IMG/VR virus record: IMGVR_UViG_3300044708_000143
Coordinates: 1-41,804 of that record
Reading direction: 5' to 3' (one strand)
DNA: 41,804 bases
DNA from: a virus
Lineage: Duplodnaviria; Caudoviricetes
The notes beneath the pieces were generated by a model, which was given only the letters and a program-made list of their open reading frames with translations, searched no databases and was not told the origin of the DNA. Position numbers and translations under genes: made by a program. Every line of letters begins with the position of its first letter. Position 1 is the stretch's first letter. Shown in pieces: positions 9,854 through 18,575 of this stretch.

Positions 9854-10233
9854 ATAGCAACCTGAATCGCGGAGTCATTGCGCTCGACACATAGCAGGTA
9901 AAGAACCTTTTGCTGCTCATCCGGGTCAACGACCGCCTCGATCCTGAAGACCCGGTCGCGAAAACAGATGTTCATGCTCGACTTGACGCCCGCCAAATAC
10001 CGGATGGTGACCCGGTGCGTGACCTGGGCGGTCTCCTGCTGCGCTGCATAAACGGTCTTACCGAAAGTAGTCGCGGAGAGGGCCTCAACTGCTGCCCATA
10101 CCTCCGCGACGAGCGTGACGTCGTCCGGATCCCATCCGCCGGCGCTGTCTTTCGTCAGGTTTGGCCGAACGATTTTGACGCGCCAACGGAAGTTGGTTCC
10201 GTTGATGATGACATCTGAATCAAGGGCTGGCAT
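9850..10233 (-). CDS. Head closure / head-tail adaptor (SPP1 gp16-like)
   Basis: KDSAGG..VAEVWAAVE..THRVTIRY..MNICFRDRVFRIEAV. Confidence 0.88.
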   Translation of the reverse strand: MPALDSDVIINGTNFRWRVKIVRPNLTKDSAGGWDPDDVTLVAEVWAAVEALSATTFGKTVYAAQQETAQVTHRVTIRYLAGVKSSMNICFRDRVFRIEAVVDPDEQQKVLYLLCVERNDSAIQVAI

Positions 10234-11028
10234 TTAGGCTGCAGAGACGTCGCGGTCCGCTTTCGCTACGACGGCAAACGACTCGGCGTTTGTCCCGCCC
10301 GAAGCGATCGTGATGTTCGTGACGTCGTAAAACACTTTCGTCACGTCCGAGAGGTTGGTCTCGGCGTTGATGGTGTGCGTCGAGAGCGTCGCCGTCAGAG
10401 ACGCGGTCGTGCCGTCGAGTTTCTTGCCGGTGACGGTGACGACCGGCGAAGAGGTCAGCGCGGTGACGTTCTTGATGACCAGCTTCGCGCCCGCGTAGGT
10501 CGTCTTATCGACCGCGGCGACGTGCGCATAAGTCCCTGTCGCTGCGCCGGTCTCCGCGAAGGTTGCGAGAGTGATGTCGGCGGGAATGAAGGCGTTTTGC
10601 TTCGAAAGCGTCTTCAGGTATTTCTTGAAGTTCCCATGCGCGCGCAGGGTCGGCGTCATGCCGGTCGGCCCGTTCAGTGAGGTCAGATAGGCGTCCAGGC
10701 CGGCGAAGCCGTAGCCTTTCAGGTGCGTGTCGATCGCCTTGACCATGTTGTTCACGCTGGCGATGGAAAGAAGGAAGCCGTCGGGCGGCGTCGGGTGGTG
10801 AATGTTCAGTTGGTGGGCGGCCGGCAGGAGATCGGCCTCGACGTCTTCGTCGTCGAGATCGAGGATGAATGTCGCGATGGAGTTTCCCCCGGAAAGCACA
10901 TTGTTCGATGCCGTTTCCATTCCGGCGTTGAATGCGTCGTTAAACTCTGGGTCGCCGATCGACTCGCTCGCGAACCGGGCGAGCTTATCGAGGATTGTGG
11001 TTAAATCGTTTTGCGTAATCTGCGGCAT
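10234..11028 (-). CDS. Hypothetical neck-region protein (probably structural)
   Basis: 264 aa with AAGGAG RBS; Thr/Ala-rich beta-type C-terminal part; between the connector and head closure genes. Confidence 0.7.
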   Translation of the reverse strand: MPQITQNDLTTILDKLARFASESIGDPEFNDAFNAGMETASNNVLSGGNSIATFILDLDDEDVEADLLPAAHQLNIHHPTPPDGFLLSIASVNNMVKAIDTHLKGYGFAGLDAYLTSLNGPTGMTPTLRAHGNFKKYLKTLSKQNAFIPADITLATFAETGAATGTYAHVAAVDKTTYAGAKLVIKNVTALTSSPVVTVTGKKLDGTTASLTATLSTHTINAETNLSDVTKVFYDVTNITIASGGTNAESFAVVAKADRDVSAA

Positions 11029-11059
11029 ATCTTGTTCTCCTTAAAATTTTGAAATTCTT

Positions 11060-11923
11060 TCACCCTTCGGTCGGAGCGAAATCCTTGATGCGGTCCTCCC
11101 AAAGCAGGTCCCTTAGATGGCTTGGGAGTTCTTGCGGCGCGGAACCCGGCGTCGTCAGGAGCGGGTCGCGGAAGTCATAGAGCCCCTTGGTGTAAATCAT
11201 CAGCGGTGTCTTGAAAATCGAAGGGACGGCGTCGGCATTGACGCCATAGCCGGCGGTGAAATAGACCTGCACCGCGTTCGGCACTCGCTGCGTCGCCGGC
11301 CAGCAATAGTTATTCGTATTGACGTTCGGATAGATGCGGCCTGGCTCGGAATTCGTGTCGACGATGAAATCGCCCGCCGGTGCCGGACCTTTGCATTCCC
11401 AGGTGACTTCGCCATCCGGGACGCTGTCTCCGAGATCCGTTCCCCATTCCGGTTCGTCCGTGCCGGTGGTCGTCGGATCCTCGCCGCCCTCCTCTTCTCC
11501 TGTCGCCACTTCCTGAATGTTCCCGTTTGGATCGAGGATCTGGTTGCCGACGATGACGATGGTCGAGGCCTGCCACTTCTTATCGACCCGCGGGACCATG
11601 GTTTGCAGAGCGCCGGTGAGGTCTAGGTATTCGATCCGCGAAACCTGTGCCAAAGGCGAACGGGCGAGCTTGATTTGTAGGGGATGATGGCGCCGGCTGT
11701 GGCCAGAATCGTGGCGCAAATGCGGAAAGTAGTCGAAGGATTGAACGAAGCCCTGATTTACCAGCGAGCGACCGAGAAAGCCTTCGACTTTCTTGGTCGC
11801 CGCTTTCAGATAGATGGTGATCAGCGCGTCATCGTCGGCGGTGTCCACCCTCATGTGGTTTTTGACCACTTCAAGGGGCACCGCCAACGTCGCGGCCTCG
11901 CTTATGACTCGGAGTCCTGGCAT
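11060..11923 (-). CDS. Head-tail connector (gp6-like) with an internal insertion
   Basis: AVPLEVVKNHMRVD..DDALITIYLKAAT..VEGFLGRSL and WPAT..PNAVQVYFTAGYG..VP. Confidence 0.87.
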   Translation of the reverse strand: MPGLRVISEAATLAVPLEVVKNHMRVDTADDDALITIYLKAATKKVEGFLGRSLVNQGFVQSFDYFPHLRHDSGHSRRHHPLQIKLARSPLAQVSRIEYLDLTGALQTMVPRVDKKWQASTIVIVGNQILDPNGNIQEVATGEEEGGEDPTTTGTDEPEWGTDLGDSVPDGEVTWECKGPAPAGDFIVDTNSEPGRIYPNVNTNNYCWPATQRVPNAVQVYFTAGYGVNADAVPSIFKTPLMIYTKGLYDFRDPLLTTPGSAPQELPSHLRDLLWEDRIKDFAPTEG

Positions 11924-12163
11924 TTATCTCTTCTTTTTCTTGGTCGTGGTGGTCGCTTCGTCGGGCCCCTGCGCGGACTCGTTCAAGCCATATCCCGCCT
12001 TGGAGCGAACCGCTTCGCCAAGTGCGTCCGCGTCGTCACCGATGAACTCGGCGTGGCCGTGTTTTTCGAGGTCGATGGCCACTGCGTCGTCGAGTTCCAA
12101 TTCCTGACCCTTGCAGCCGTTCAATCCGTGACTGCTCACGTTTTCCAGAAGGCGAATCTTCAT
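11924..12163 (-). CDS. Small head-region hypothetical protein
   Basis: MKIRLL..GQELELDDAVAIDLEKHGHAE with a basic tail; typical of small genes after the capsid gene; ATGA overlap. Confidence 0.72.
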   Translation of the reverse strand: MKIRLLENVSSHGLNGCKGQELELDDAVAIDLEKHGHAEFIGDDADALGEAVRSKAGYGLNESAQGPDEATTTTKKKKR

Positions 12164-12372
12164 TTCTTGCCTCTTTTCTTCTTCGATTTTTCGACTGCGG
12201 GCTGGCCAACGTCGTCAGCGAGCGTCAGCAGTTGCGGCCGCGGCGCTGGCGTTCCCTGCTCTTCAGGGAAGTACTGCACGGCCCGGCCGAGATTGATGAG
12301 GTCACGCGCGACGCCAAACTTCATTTCCTGCACTTCGCCCTTCTTCGGGCCGTCTTTCATCACGATGAACAT
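12160..12372 (-). CDS. Small head-region hypothetical protein
   Basis: Probable start MFIVMKDG at 12372; GEVQEM..ARDLINLGRA resembles the neighbouring small protein. Confidence 0.65.
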   Translation of the reverse strand: MFIVMKDGPKKGEVQEMKFGVARDLINLGRAVQYFPEEQGTPAPRPQLLTLADDVGQPAVEKSKKKRGKK

Positions 12373-12376
12373 GGTT

Positions 12377-12411
12377 AGAAAAGCGAAGGCGGCCTCGACG
12401 ACCGCCCTCGC
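12377..12411 (-). terminator. Intrinsic terminator after the capsid and decoration genes
   Basis: Minus strand GCGAGGGCGGTC-GTCGA-GGCCGCCTTCGC followed by TTTTCT. Confidence 0.7.
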
Positions 12412-12436
12412 CTGCTCCTGCTTTTTGTTTTGTGGT

Positions 12437-12928
12437 TTAGGTCGTTGCCGTCGCTTGTGTCGCACCAGCGAACCGCGCGCCGCTCAGAATTGCCACCGCG
12501 CTGGCGATCACGCTGTTCGAGCCGTTCGTGAACGACAATTGCACGTAGGGGTTGCCGTCGGCCAATTCACGCGCATCGATTTCGATGACGTACATAATCC
12601 CGTCATTCGCCGAAGGCGTGTAACCTGCCGCGAGTACCGCTGTGCGCGCGCCCAGAACGTCCTGGTCCGCACCGGCCGTTTCCTGTTTATAGATCGAGAA
12701 AGGCATGGCGGTAGCCCCGGCGATGGTTGCGCCAACTGCGGCGGTCGCCGTGCCATAGCTGACGATGATCTTCGTGAAGGCCGCGGCCGACACGCCAATC
12801 TGAACAATAATTGTCGCGTGACCGTGATTCTTCATGTTGAATGCCTGGCACGTTTTGCCGCCGGTGATGTCCACGGGCGGCAGGATGTTCACGACGTGCT
12901 GTTGCTCTGCAATCACTGCACCTTGCAT
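12437..12928 (-). CDS. Putative capsid decoration protein
   Basis: 163 aa, beta-rich, directly after the major capsid gene; AAGGAG RBS; YVIEIDAREL..PYVQL. Confidence 0.7.
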   Translation of the reverse strand: MQGAVIAEQQHVVNILPPVDITGGKTCQAFNMKNHGHATIIVQIGVSAAAFTKIIVSYGTATAAVGATIAGATAMPFSIYKQETAGADQDVLGARTAVLAAGYTPSANDGIMYVIEIDARELADGNPYVQLSFTNGSNSVIASAVAILSGARFAGATQATATT

Positions 12929-12996
12929 TTTGTTTCTCCTTTTCCTGAATTTTGAGGGGCGGCGGCTTCAATGAGCTACCGCCCGAAGGGGTTGGC

Positions 12997-14301
12997 TTAC
13001 GGACGGGTTGCGAGAGTGATGAACGGCGATTGCGTGTTCGAACCGGCGAACGGGGTCAGCGCCTTGTTCCACCAGGGTTGACCGTCCACGCGGTAGGTCG
13101 TGCGGAACGTCATTTCATCGTTGATGAAACGCACGTGCATGGACGAATCCTGCCGCGGAGCGCCTTTGTCGATCAACACATAGGCGCTCAAATCGGCGAG
13201 AACGATGTCCCCGACCGTTCCAAGCGTCGCGTTGTGCTCCGTAGGAATCACCGGACGGCCGAGCAACTGGCCGTATTGGTTTCCGTTGGTTCCGGGCGGC
13301 GTGTAGAGCAACTGCACGGCGGTGCCGCTGCCCAAGGTGAGCGGATACAGCTTCGGCTCAACGTCCTGGTTGATGAACCACGCGGCGTTCTGTCGGCTCC
13401 GCGAAAACAGGCGAGCCCACATGTTCAAAACGTCCGTGGTGCTCACAGTCGCGGTCGAATCGGCGCTATCTTTCGCGACTTGAATCACGGCGCCGCTGTT
13501 AATGAAGCCGAGCGGCTTACCGACACCGTCTCCCTGGAAAATGGCGTCGTCAACCTTGAAGCCCATTTCTTCGGCGAATGCTTGGGTGAAAATCGCTTCG
13601 AGGGCGGCCGCATCCTGCAAAATTTCATCGGTCGCATAGAACAACGCGACGAGTTTCTGCAAGTTGAGTTCGACCTGGCGGAATTTCGGCTTCGAGGAAG
13701 TCAGCGTGTCCGCTTCGTTCACCCAATATGCCTGAACACCGCCCCAGCGGGAGCCGGTTGCGCGGCTTGTTTCGTCAACGGCGTTGATCTTCAAACCGTT
13801 AGCGCCGCCGCTTATGGGAATGCGACGCACGCGGGACGAAAACACGCCAGTGTCATGCATATACTTCAAGACTTCGGCGGCGAAGTCTTTCTGCACGAGG
13901 TAACCGCCATCGGAAGGAACCGCTTCGCTGGCACCAGAGGCCGCCGCAAACAAGCGCTGGTCGATGTGCCGCCCGTTGCTGCGCTCGGCGCGCACGATGG
14001 CCATGAGCTGTTCGCCGAAGGATGCGAACTTGCTCGGGTCCTTGCCTTGTGGAGCTCCGGCTGCGCCAGCCGCGGCTTTGTCCGAGTCATTGACCGGAAT
14101 CAGCCCACGTTCCACTTCCAGTAGGTGCGCCTCCCGCTTCAGATCCTCTTCGATCGAGGCCAGAAGCGTGATGTTCTTGTCATACGCTGCCCGTTCCTCT
14201 TCGGTAAGGCCACGATCCTCGGCGCGCGCCTTATCGAGCTGGGCACGCATTTGTTTCGTCAAATCGGCCTTGCGTTGAAACAAGGCTTTTGTATTCGACA
14301 T
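12997..14301 (-). CDS. Major capsid protein, HK97 fold
   Basis: N-terminal coiled-coil delta domain; SDGGYLVQ, GDGVGKPLG, LLGRPV, RVDGQP; AAGGAG RBS before ATG 14301. Confidence 0.95.
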   Translation of the reverse strand: MSNTKALFQRKADLTKQMRAQLDKARAEDRGLTEEERAAYDKNITLLASIEEDLKREAHLLEVERGLIPVNDSDKAAAGAAGAPQGKDPSKFASFGEQLMAIVRAERSNGRHIDQRLFAAASGASEAVPSDGGYLVQKDFAAEVLKYMHDTGVFSSRVRRIPISGGANGLKINAVDETSRATGSRWGGVQAYWVNEADTLTSSKPKFRQVELNLQKLVALFYATDEILQDAAALEAIFTQAFAEEMGFKVDDAIFQGDGVGKPLGFINSGAVIQVAKDSADSTATVSTTDVLNMWARLFSRSRQNAAWFINQDVEPKLYPLTLGSGTAVQLLYTPPGTNGNQYGQLLGRPVIPTEHNATLGTVGDIVLADLSAYVLIDKGAPRQDSSMHVRFINDEMTFRTTYRVDGQPWWNKALTPFAGSNTQSPFITLATRP

Positions 14302-14414
14302 GTCCAATGCTCCTTTTTAGTTTGTGTTACACGACGCCGCCGGCGTTCAGTCACCTGATCGCAATTTGGCGCATTCTGCCGTTGGCCAGTTGCCCGGACA
14401 GCGACGAATTTCGT

Positions 14415-15323
14415 TTAGTAGAGTGCGAGTTCTCTTTCGCGCAGGTCGTTCGCGACTGCGGCGCTCATGCGTTTTGTGGCCGACGCGACTCCGAACCGTG
14501 CCAGTGTTTCGTCGAGCGTGGCCACTCCGTCGACCATGCCTTGCTTCAAGGCCAGCGAGGCCATTACCATGCGGCCCTGGCCATAGCCATCCGCGACCGC
14601 CGATTGCGCAACTTTGCGGTTCTTCGCAACCGCATTCACGAACATCGAGTAAAAACTATCAACGTCGGCTTGCAGCGATGCGCGCGCTTCTTCGGACAGT
14701 GGCTCGTAAGGATTGCCTTCGACCTTGTACTTTCCTGCGCTGATAAGCGTGACCTTGACGCCTTCCTGCTCAAGCGCCTTGGAATAATCCTCGTGCGCGC
14801 CCCATACACCGATGGAACCAACTGCCCCGCTCGGCGTGACGATAAGTTCATCGGCTGCGGACGCCAGCCAGTACGCCGCGCTGGCCGCCATCGTGTTTGC
14901 TACGGCGACAATCTTCTTTTGCCCGCGCGCGGCGCGAATCTCATCGGCCAGTTCAGGAACGCCGTCCACTGCCCCGCCAGGCGAGTCCACGTCAAAAACA
15001 ATCGCCTTCACGTTCGGGTCATTCAGTGCCTGCCGAAAGGTTGCCGTCAGTTTCTCGATCGATGTACCGCCCCCGCCGCTGATTTCGTTCATCATGTTCA
15101 TGCGGTGAGAAACAACGCCGTAAATTGGAATCAGCGCGACCATGCCCGGAGTCTTTGGCGTGACGCGAGGCCCAGCACCTATGCGTGCGCGAATCTCTTC
15201 GTCGGTGTACTTGCCGCCTTCGGCCGCAAACTGGAGCAGCTGCGTGATCTGGCGCAGTTTTTCCGGAAGGATCGCCCAGGGCTTGCCGTAGAATTCCGTG
15301 CGGATGTGCTGATATTTGTTCAT
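14415..15323 (-). CDS. S49 family prohead protease
   Basis: DVDSPGG, AASAAYWLAS, GSIGV, SAGKYKVEGNPYEPL. Confidence 0.93.
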   Translation of the reverse strand: MNKYQHIRTEFYGKPWAILPEKLRQITQLLQFAAEGGKYTDEEIRARIGAGPRVTPKTPGMVALIPIYGVVSHRMNMMNEISGGGGTSIEKLTATFRQALNDPNVKAIVFDVDSPGGAVDGVPELADEIRAARGQKKIVAVANTMAASAAYWLASAADELIVTPSGAVGSIGVWGAHEDYSKALEQEGVKVTLISAGKYKVEGNPYEPLSEEARASLQADVDSFYSMFVNAVAKNRKVAQSAVADGYGQGRMVMASLALKQGMVDGVATLDETLARFGVASATKRMSAAVANDLRERELALY

Positions 15324-15541
15324 CGGTTCCTCGTAAGCTGGAAATCAGGTTGCCACTTCCAGTCTTCGTGCTTGTCGCTCATAAAATTGAAGAAAGCAGC
15401 TCCGCATGATTCGCAAAGGTAGACATGCTGCAATAAATCATGGCGATGAAGAAAGATCGCAGTCGTCGTAGAACCAATATCATCGCGCGATGGTAATTCC
15501 TTAAACTGTCCGCAACGGTCACATTTGAAAGCAAGGCTCAT
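15320..15541 (-). CDS. Small zinc-ribbon protein
   Basis: CDRC and CESC motifs; ATGA overlaps on both sides. Confidence 0.7.
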   Translation of the reverse strand: MSLAFKCDRCGQFKELPSRDDIGSTTTAIFLHRHDLLQHVYLCESCGAAFFNFMSDKHEDWKWQPDFQLTRNR

Positions 15542-16824
15542 GCGTTGGCGTCGTCCGTACTCTCAAGCGGGTCGACCGGGGCCGCTGGCGGCGCATTTCC
15601 GACCGGCGTCGACATGTTCGTCGGCCGCATATACGTATCTCCCCCGTCCTCTTTCGCGATGGGATTGAGGTTTTCGGAGCGGCGACAATCGTTCGGCGAC
15701 ATGAAACCGTTTTGGATTCCGATAGAGTAGGCCTCATAGCGGCTTTTCAGGTCGCCGCGGAGCAATGCGTCCATCAGAAACTCGCAGAAATAGTCGTCGC
15801 CGAGTCCCAAAGGATCAATCAAATCGACCTTAATGCGCCGTTCCCATCGGACCACGCGCGGTCGGATGCAGTCGGTTGCGAATTCGATGTTTTGTTGCTC
15901 AATGTTCGAAAATGTCGCCTTCGTTAGGTCGCCAATTTTGTGTGCCTGCATCCGAAAAAACCGAGCAATCTCTGCCGTCGTGAAGACCCGCGCTTCAAGA
16001 AACTGCGAATCTTTGTTGTTAAGCGAGAGCGCCGAATACTTCATTCCCTCTTCAAGAACCGCCGGTTTATGGCGATTTGCGCCGCTCTGGGCTTGTGTGA
16101 AAGTGTCGCGAATGCGCTTCGATGCTTCAGGGCTGAGAGTCTGCGGATGCTCCAGAACGCCACGTGGCTGCGCATCATTCTCAAGAAACCGCGCGGCGTA
16201 GTCCTGCTGGCCTAAACCTAGACCAATAGCCTCGCTCGCCAGCCCGACTGTGCTCATCCCGGTCATACCGTCGGATGACAAGCCCCGCATGTGGAAGACT
16301 TCTTCCTGCGCGTAGGGCTTTCGTTCCCCGGTATACCAGTCCGTGACGATGTAGCGCAGCCGGCCATTTTCCAGGCGTTTGACCACAACGCGGTCTGGAT
16401 GAACCGGGATAAGTGAATCGACGGCGCCGCGGGGTCCCGATTGAATCAGCGAGTACGCATTCCCGCGCAATTCCTGATGCCCTTGCATCATCTCGACCCA
16501 TTCCATCGAGGTTTGCCATTGGTTCGGCGCGTCGTGGAGCACCTTGTAAAGCGGGTGCTCGATCGCGCGGACCTTTCCGCCATCTGGCAGTCGCTTGTAA
16601 ATAATCAGCGGCAGGGACGCGATGGTTTCCGCAACTACCCTGACGCACGCATAAACCGCGGCCAGTTTCAGTGCCAGTTCCGGCGTTACATCCTGGCCTG
16701 AGGCCGTACCGTAGCCCGGGCGGTGTCCGTAGTACCGATCGTCTAAAGGGTCGATCGTGCGACCGCCAGAATCGGCCCGGAAGCCCATCCACGCCTTGAA
16801 GCCTTGCCAAAATGATGGCTTCAC
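15538..16824 (-). CDS. Portal protein, HK97 family
   Basis: AVYACVRVVAETIASLPL, RGNAY, VLEEGMKY, ATFSNIEQQ, LLRGD. Confidence 0.95.
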   Translation of the reverse strand: MKPSFWQGFKAWMGFRADSGGRTIDPLDDRYYGHRPGYGTASGQDVTPELALKLAAVYACVRVVAETIASLPLIIYKRLPDGGKVRAIEHPLYKVLHDAPNQWQTSMEWVEMMQGHQELRGNAYSLIQSGPRGAVDSLIPVHPDRVVVKRLENGRLRYIVTDWYTGERKPYAQEEVFHMRGLSSDGMTGMSTVGLASEAIGLGLGQQDYAARFLENDAQPRGVLEHPQTLSPEASKRIRDTFTQAQSGANRHKPAVLEEGMKYSALSLNNKDSQFLEARVFTTAEIARFFRMQAHKIGDLTKATFSNIEQQNIEFATDCIRPRVVRWERRIKVDLIDPLGLGDDYFCEFLMDALLRGDLKSRYEAYSIGIQNGFMSPNDCRRSENLNPIAKEDGGDTYMRPTNMSTPVGNAPPAAPVDPLESTDDANA

Positions 16825-18575
16825 AGCGACAGCACGCCCCGAGTTTCATAGACGGACTTGGGCTTCGGCGGGTTGGCGATGGTCCGGCCAATCGCCATGA
16901 TGAGCGCGACCATGCCGTCGATCTTTGCGGCGTTCGATTTCTTGACCGGCCGCTTGTTCCCGTTATTGTCTTCTTTCACGACTAGGTTCGAAGCCATCCA
17001 GCGAAGCGGTGGATTCCCCAAGTGTGCAATCTTTTCGCCTGGAATCATGGTCTCCAGCAGTCGCTTCGTCGGCTCGGCGAACATCGCAACCGTCTGCGGG
17101 AACTTCACCAGTTTGTCGACGTGGATGCCTTCTTTTTGCAGGTCGTTCGCGAATTGCGTGGCATTCCAAGGGTCGAAGGTGATTTCTTTCACGTCGTAGC
17201 GCTTGCAGTCGGCAAGGATCTGATTCTTGATCTCGTCATAGTCGATGACGTCGCCGGGCGTCAGGTGCAGGAAGCCTTCGCGGGCCCAAACGTCATAGGA
17301 CGCCTGCGTCGACCGCCACTTATCCATCATTTCCTCAACGTTATCCTCAGGCAGCCAGAAGTCGGGAATGCAGATGGTTGGCTTATCTTCGAGCGGCGGA
17401 AAGAGTTTGAGCGAGCAGGCCGTGTCTTGAGTGGAAGCCAAGTCGACGGCGATGATGCACTGGCGACCGGCCAGGCGCTCCAGCATCTGATCGCGCAGGA
17501 CCTTGACGTCGATTCCTTTGAGCGAGAAGCCTACGCACTTGTTCCACTGCTCAATCTTGATGGCCGCGTGCTCCTGATTCGTCCAAACGTTCAGGTGTAG
17601 GCGAAGGAATCCGTTGAGCGAAGAGGGTTGCTGGTCGGCTTTGCGCGCGCCTTCGCGCAGCGTCTCCAATTTGACGGAGACGTTAAGGTTCGGATTCGCC
17701 TTGATCCAGTTCGTTTCGTCGTGCCAATCGTCCCCTTCATCCAGGCAAGCGATAAAGGCGAATACGTCGTCGCCCTGCTTGATGTCCTCGAGGATCGCTA
17801 TACAACGCTCGCGCTCGTGCCAGCAAACACTTTCGCGGTCATGGCCCGCCGTGGTGATTTTCCAGATTAAAGGCTGGAGGCGTGAACCGATTGCCGTTTC
17901 GATGACCTGAAGAAGTTTTGGGGATTTGTGCGCATGTATCTCGTCTCCTATTCCGCACGATACGTTAAGACCGTCCAGGGTATCCGAGTCTGCGCCCAGC
18001 GGCTCCATTTTGGAGTTCGTCTCGGGCACGCACATATTGTTGCGCCAAGATTCAATGCGTTTGGACAATCCCGGAGATGCCTTGCGCATCTTTTCGGCTT
18101 CGGCGAACACGATCTTCGCTTGGTCCTTCTTCGTCGCAAAGCAATAAACTTCAGCGCCCTCCTCGCCGTCGGCACGAAGCATGTAAAGTCCCACACCTGC
18201 GCAGAGCGTGGATTTTCCATTCTTACGAGCAATCTCGACATATGCATGGCGGAAACGTCTAGTTCCGTCGGCGCGCTTCCATCCGAAAACGACCCACAAG
18301 ATGAACTGCTGCCATGGTTCCAGCTTGAACTCTTCCTTAGCCCACTCCCCCTTGCTATGGCGCAGCAAAGAGAAGAAATCGATCATGTGTTGCGCAGCCG
18401 CAGTGTCGAACCAAAGCCCGCGGCGGTGCGCTTCGTTCAAATCCCGTAAATGCCGCTGCGCGGCTAGGCGCACCCACTTCGAGCACACCAATTCCCCGTT
18501 CGCGGCCTTCTGCGCGTAAATCTCGGCCGGGTGCGAGGCAATCGTTTTGCTTTTGCGTTCGAGCTTCTTAATCAA
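16821..18575 (-). CDS. terL: Terminase large subunit
   Basis: Walker A IARKNGKS, Walker B IGDEIH, VDLAST, FDPWNA, KIDGMVALIMA. Start probably the TTG at 18575 overlapping the upstream TGA. Confidence 0.95.
   Translation of the reverse strand: MIKKLERKSKTIASHPAEIYAQKAANGELVCSKWVRLAAQRHLRDLNEAHRRGLWFDTAAAQHMIDFFSLLRHSKGEWAKEEFKLEPWQQFILWVVFGWKRADGTRRFRHAYVEIARKNGKSTLCAGVGLYMLRADGEEGAEVYCFATKKDQAKIVFAEAEKMRKASPGLSKRIESWRNNMCVPETNSKMEPLGADSDTLDGLNVSCGIGDEIHAHKSPKLLQVIETAIGSRLQPLIWKITTAGHDRESVCWHERERCIAILEDIKQGDDVFAFIACLDEGDDWHDETNWIKANPNLNVSVKLETLREGARKADQQPSSLNGFLRLHLNVWTNQEHAAIKIEQWNKCVGFSLKGIDVKVLRDQMLERLAGRQCIIAVDLASTQDTACSLKLFPPLEDKPTICIPDFWLPEDNVEEMMDKWRSTQASYDVWAREGFLHLTPGDVIDYDEIKNQILADCKRYDVKEITFDPWNATQFANDLQKEGIHVDKLVKFPQTVAMFAEPTKRLLETMIPGEKIAHLGNPPLRWMASNLVVKEDNNGNKRPVKKSNAAKIDGMVALIMAIGRTIANPPKPKSVYETRGVLSL

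Noticed and set aside
11684-15422. Long plus-strand ORFs (423, 390 and 377 aa)
   Set aside because: Antisense shadows of the capsid, protease and neck genes in GC-rich DNA; no motifs and implausible composition.
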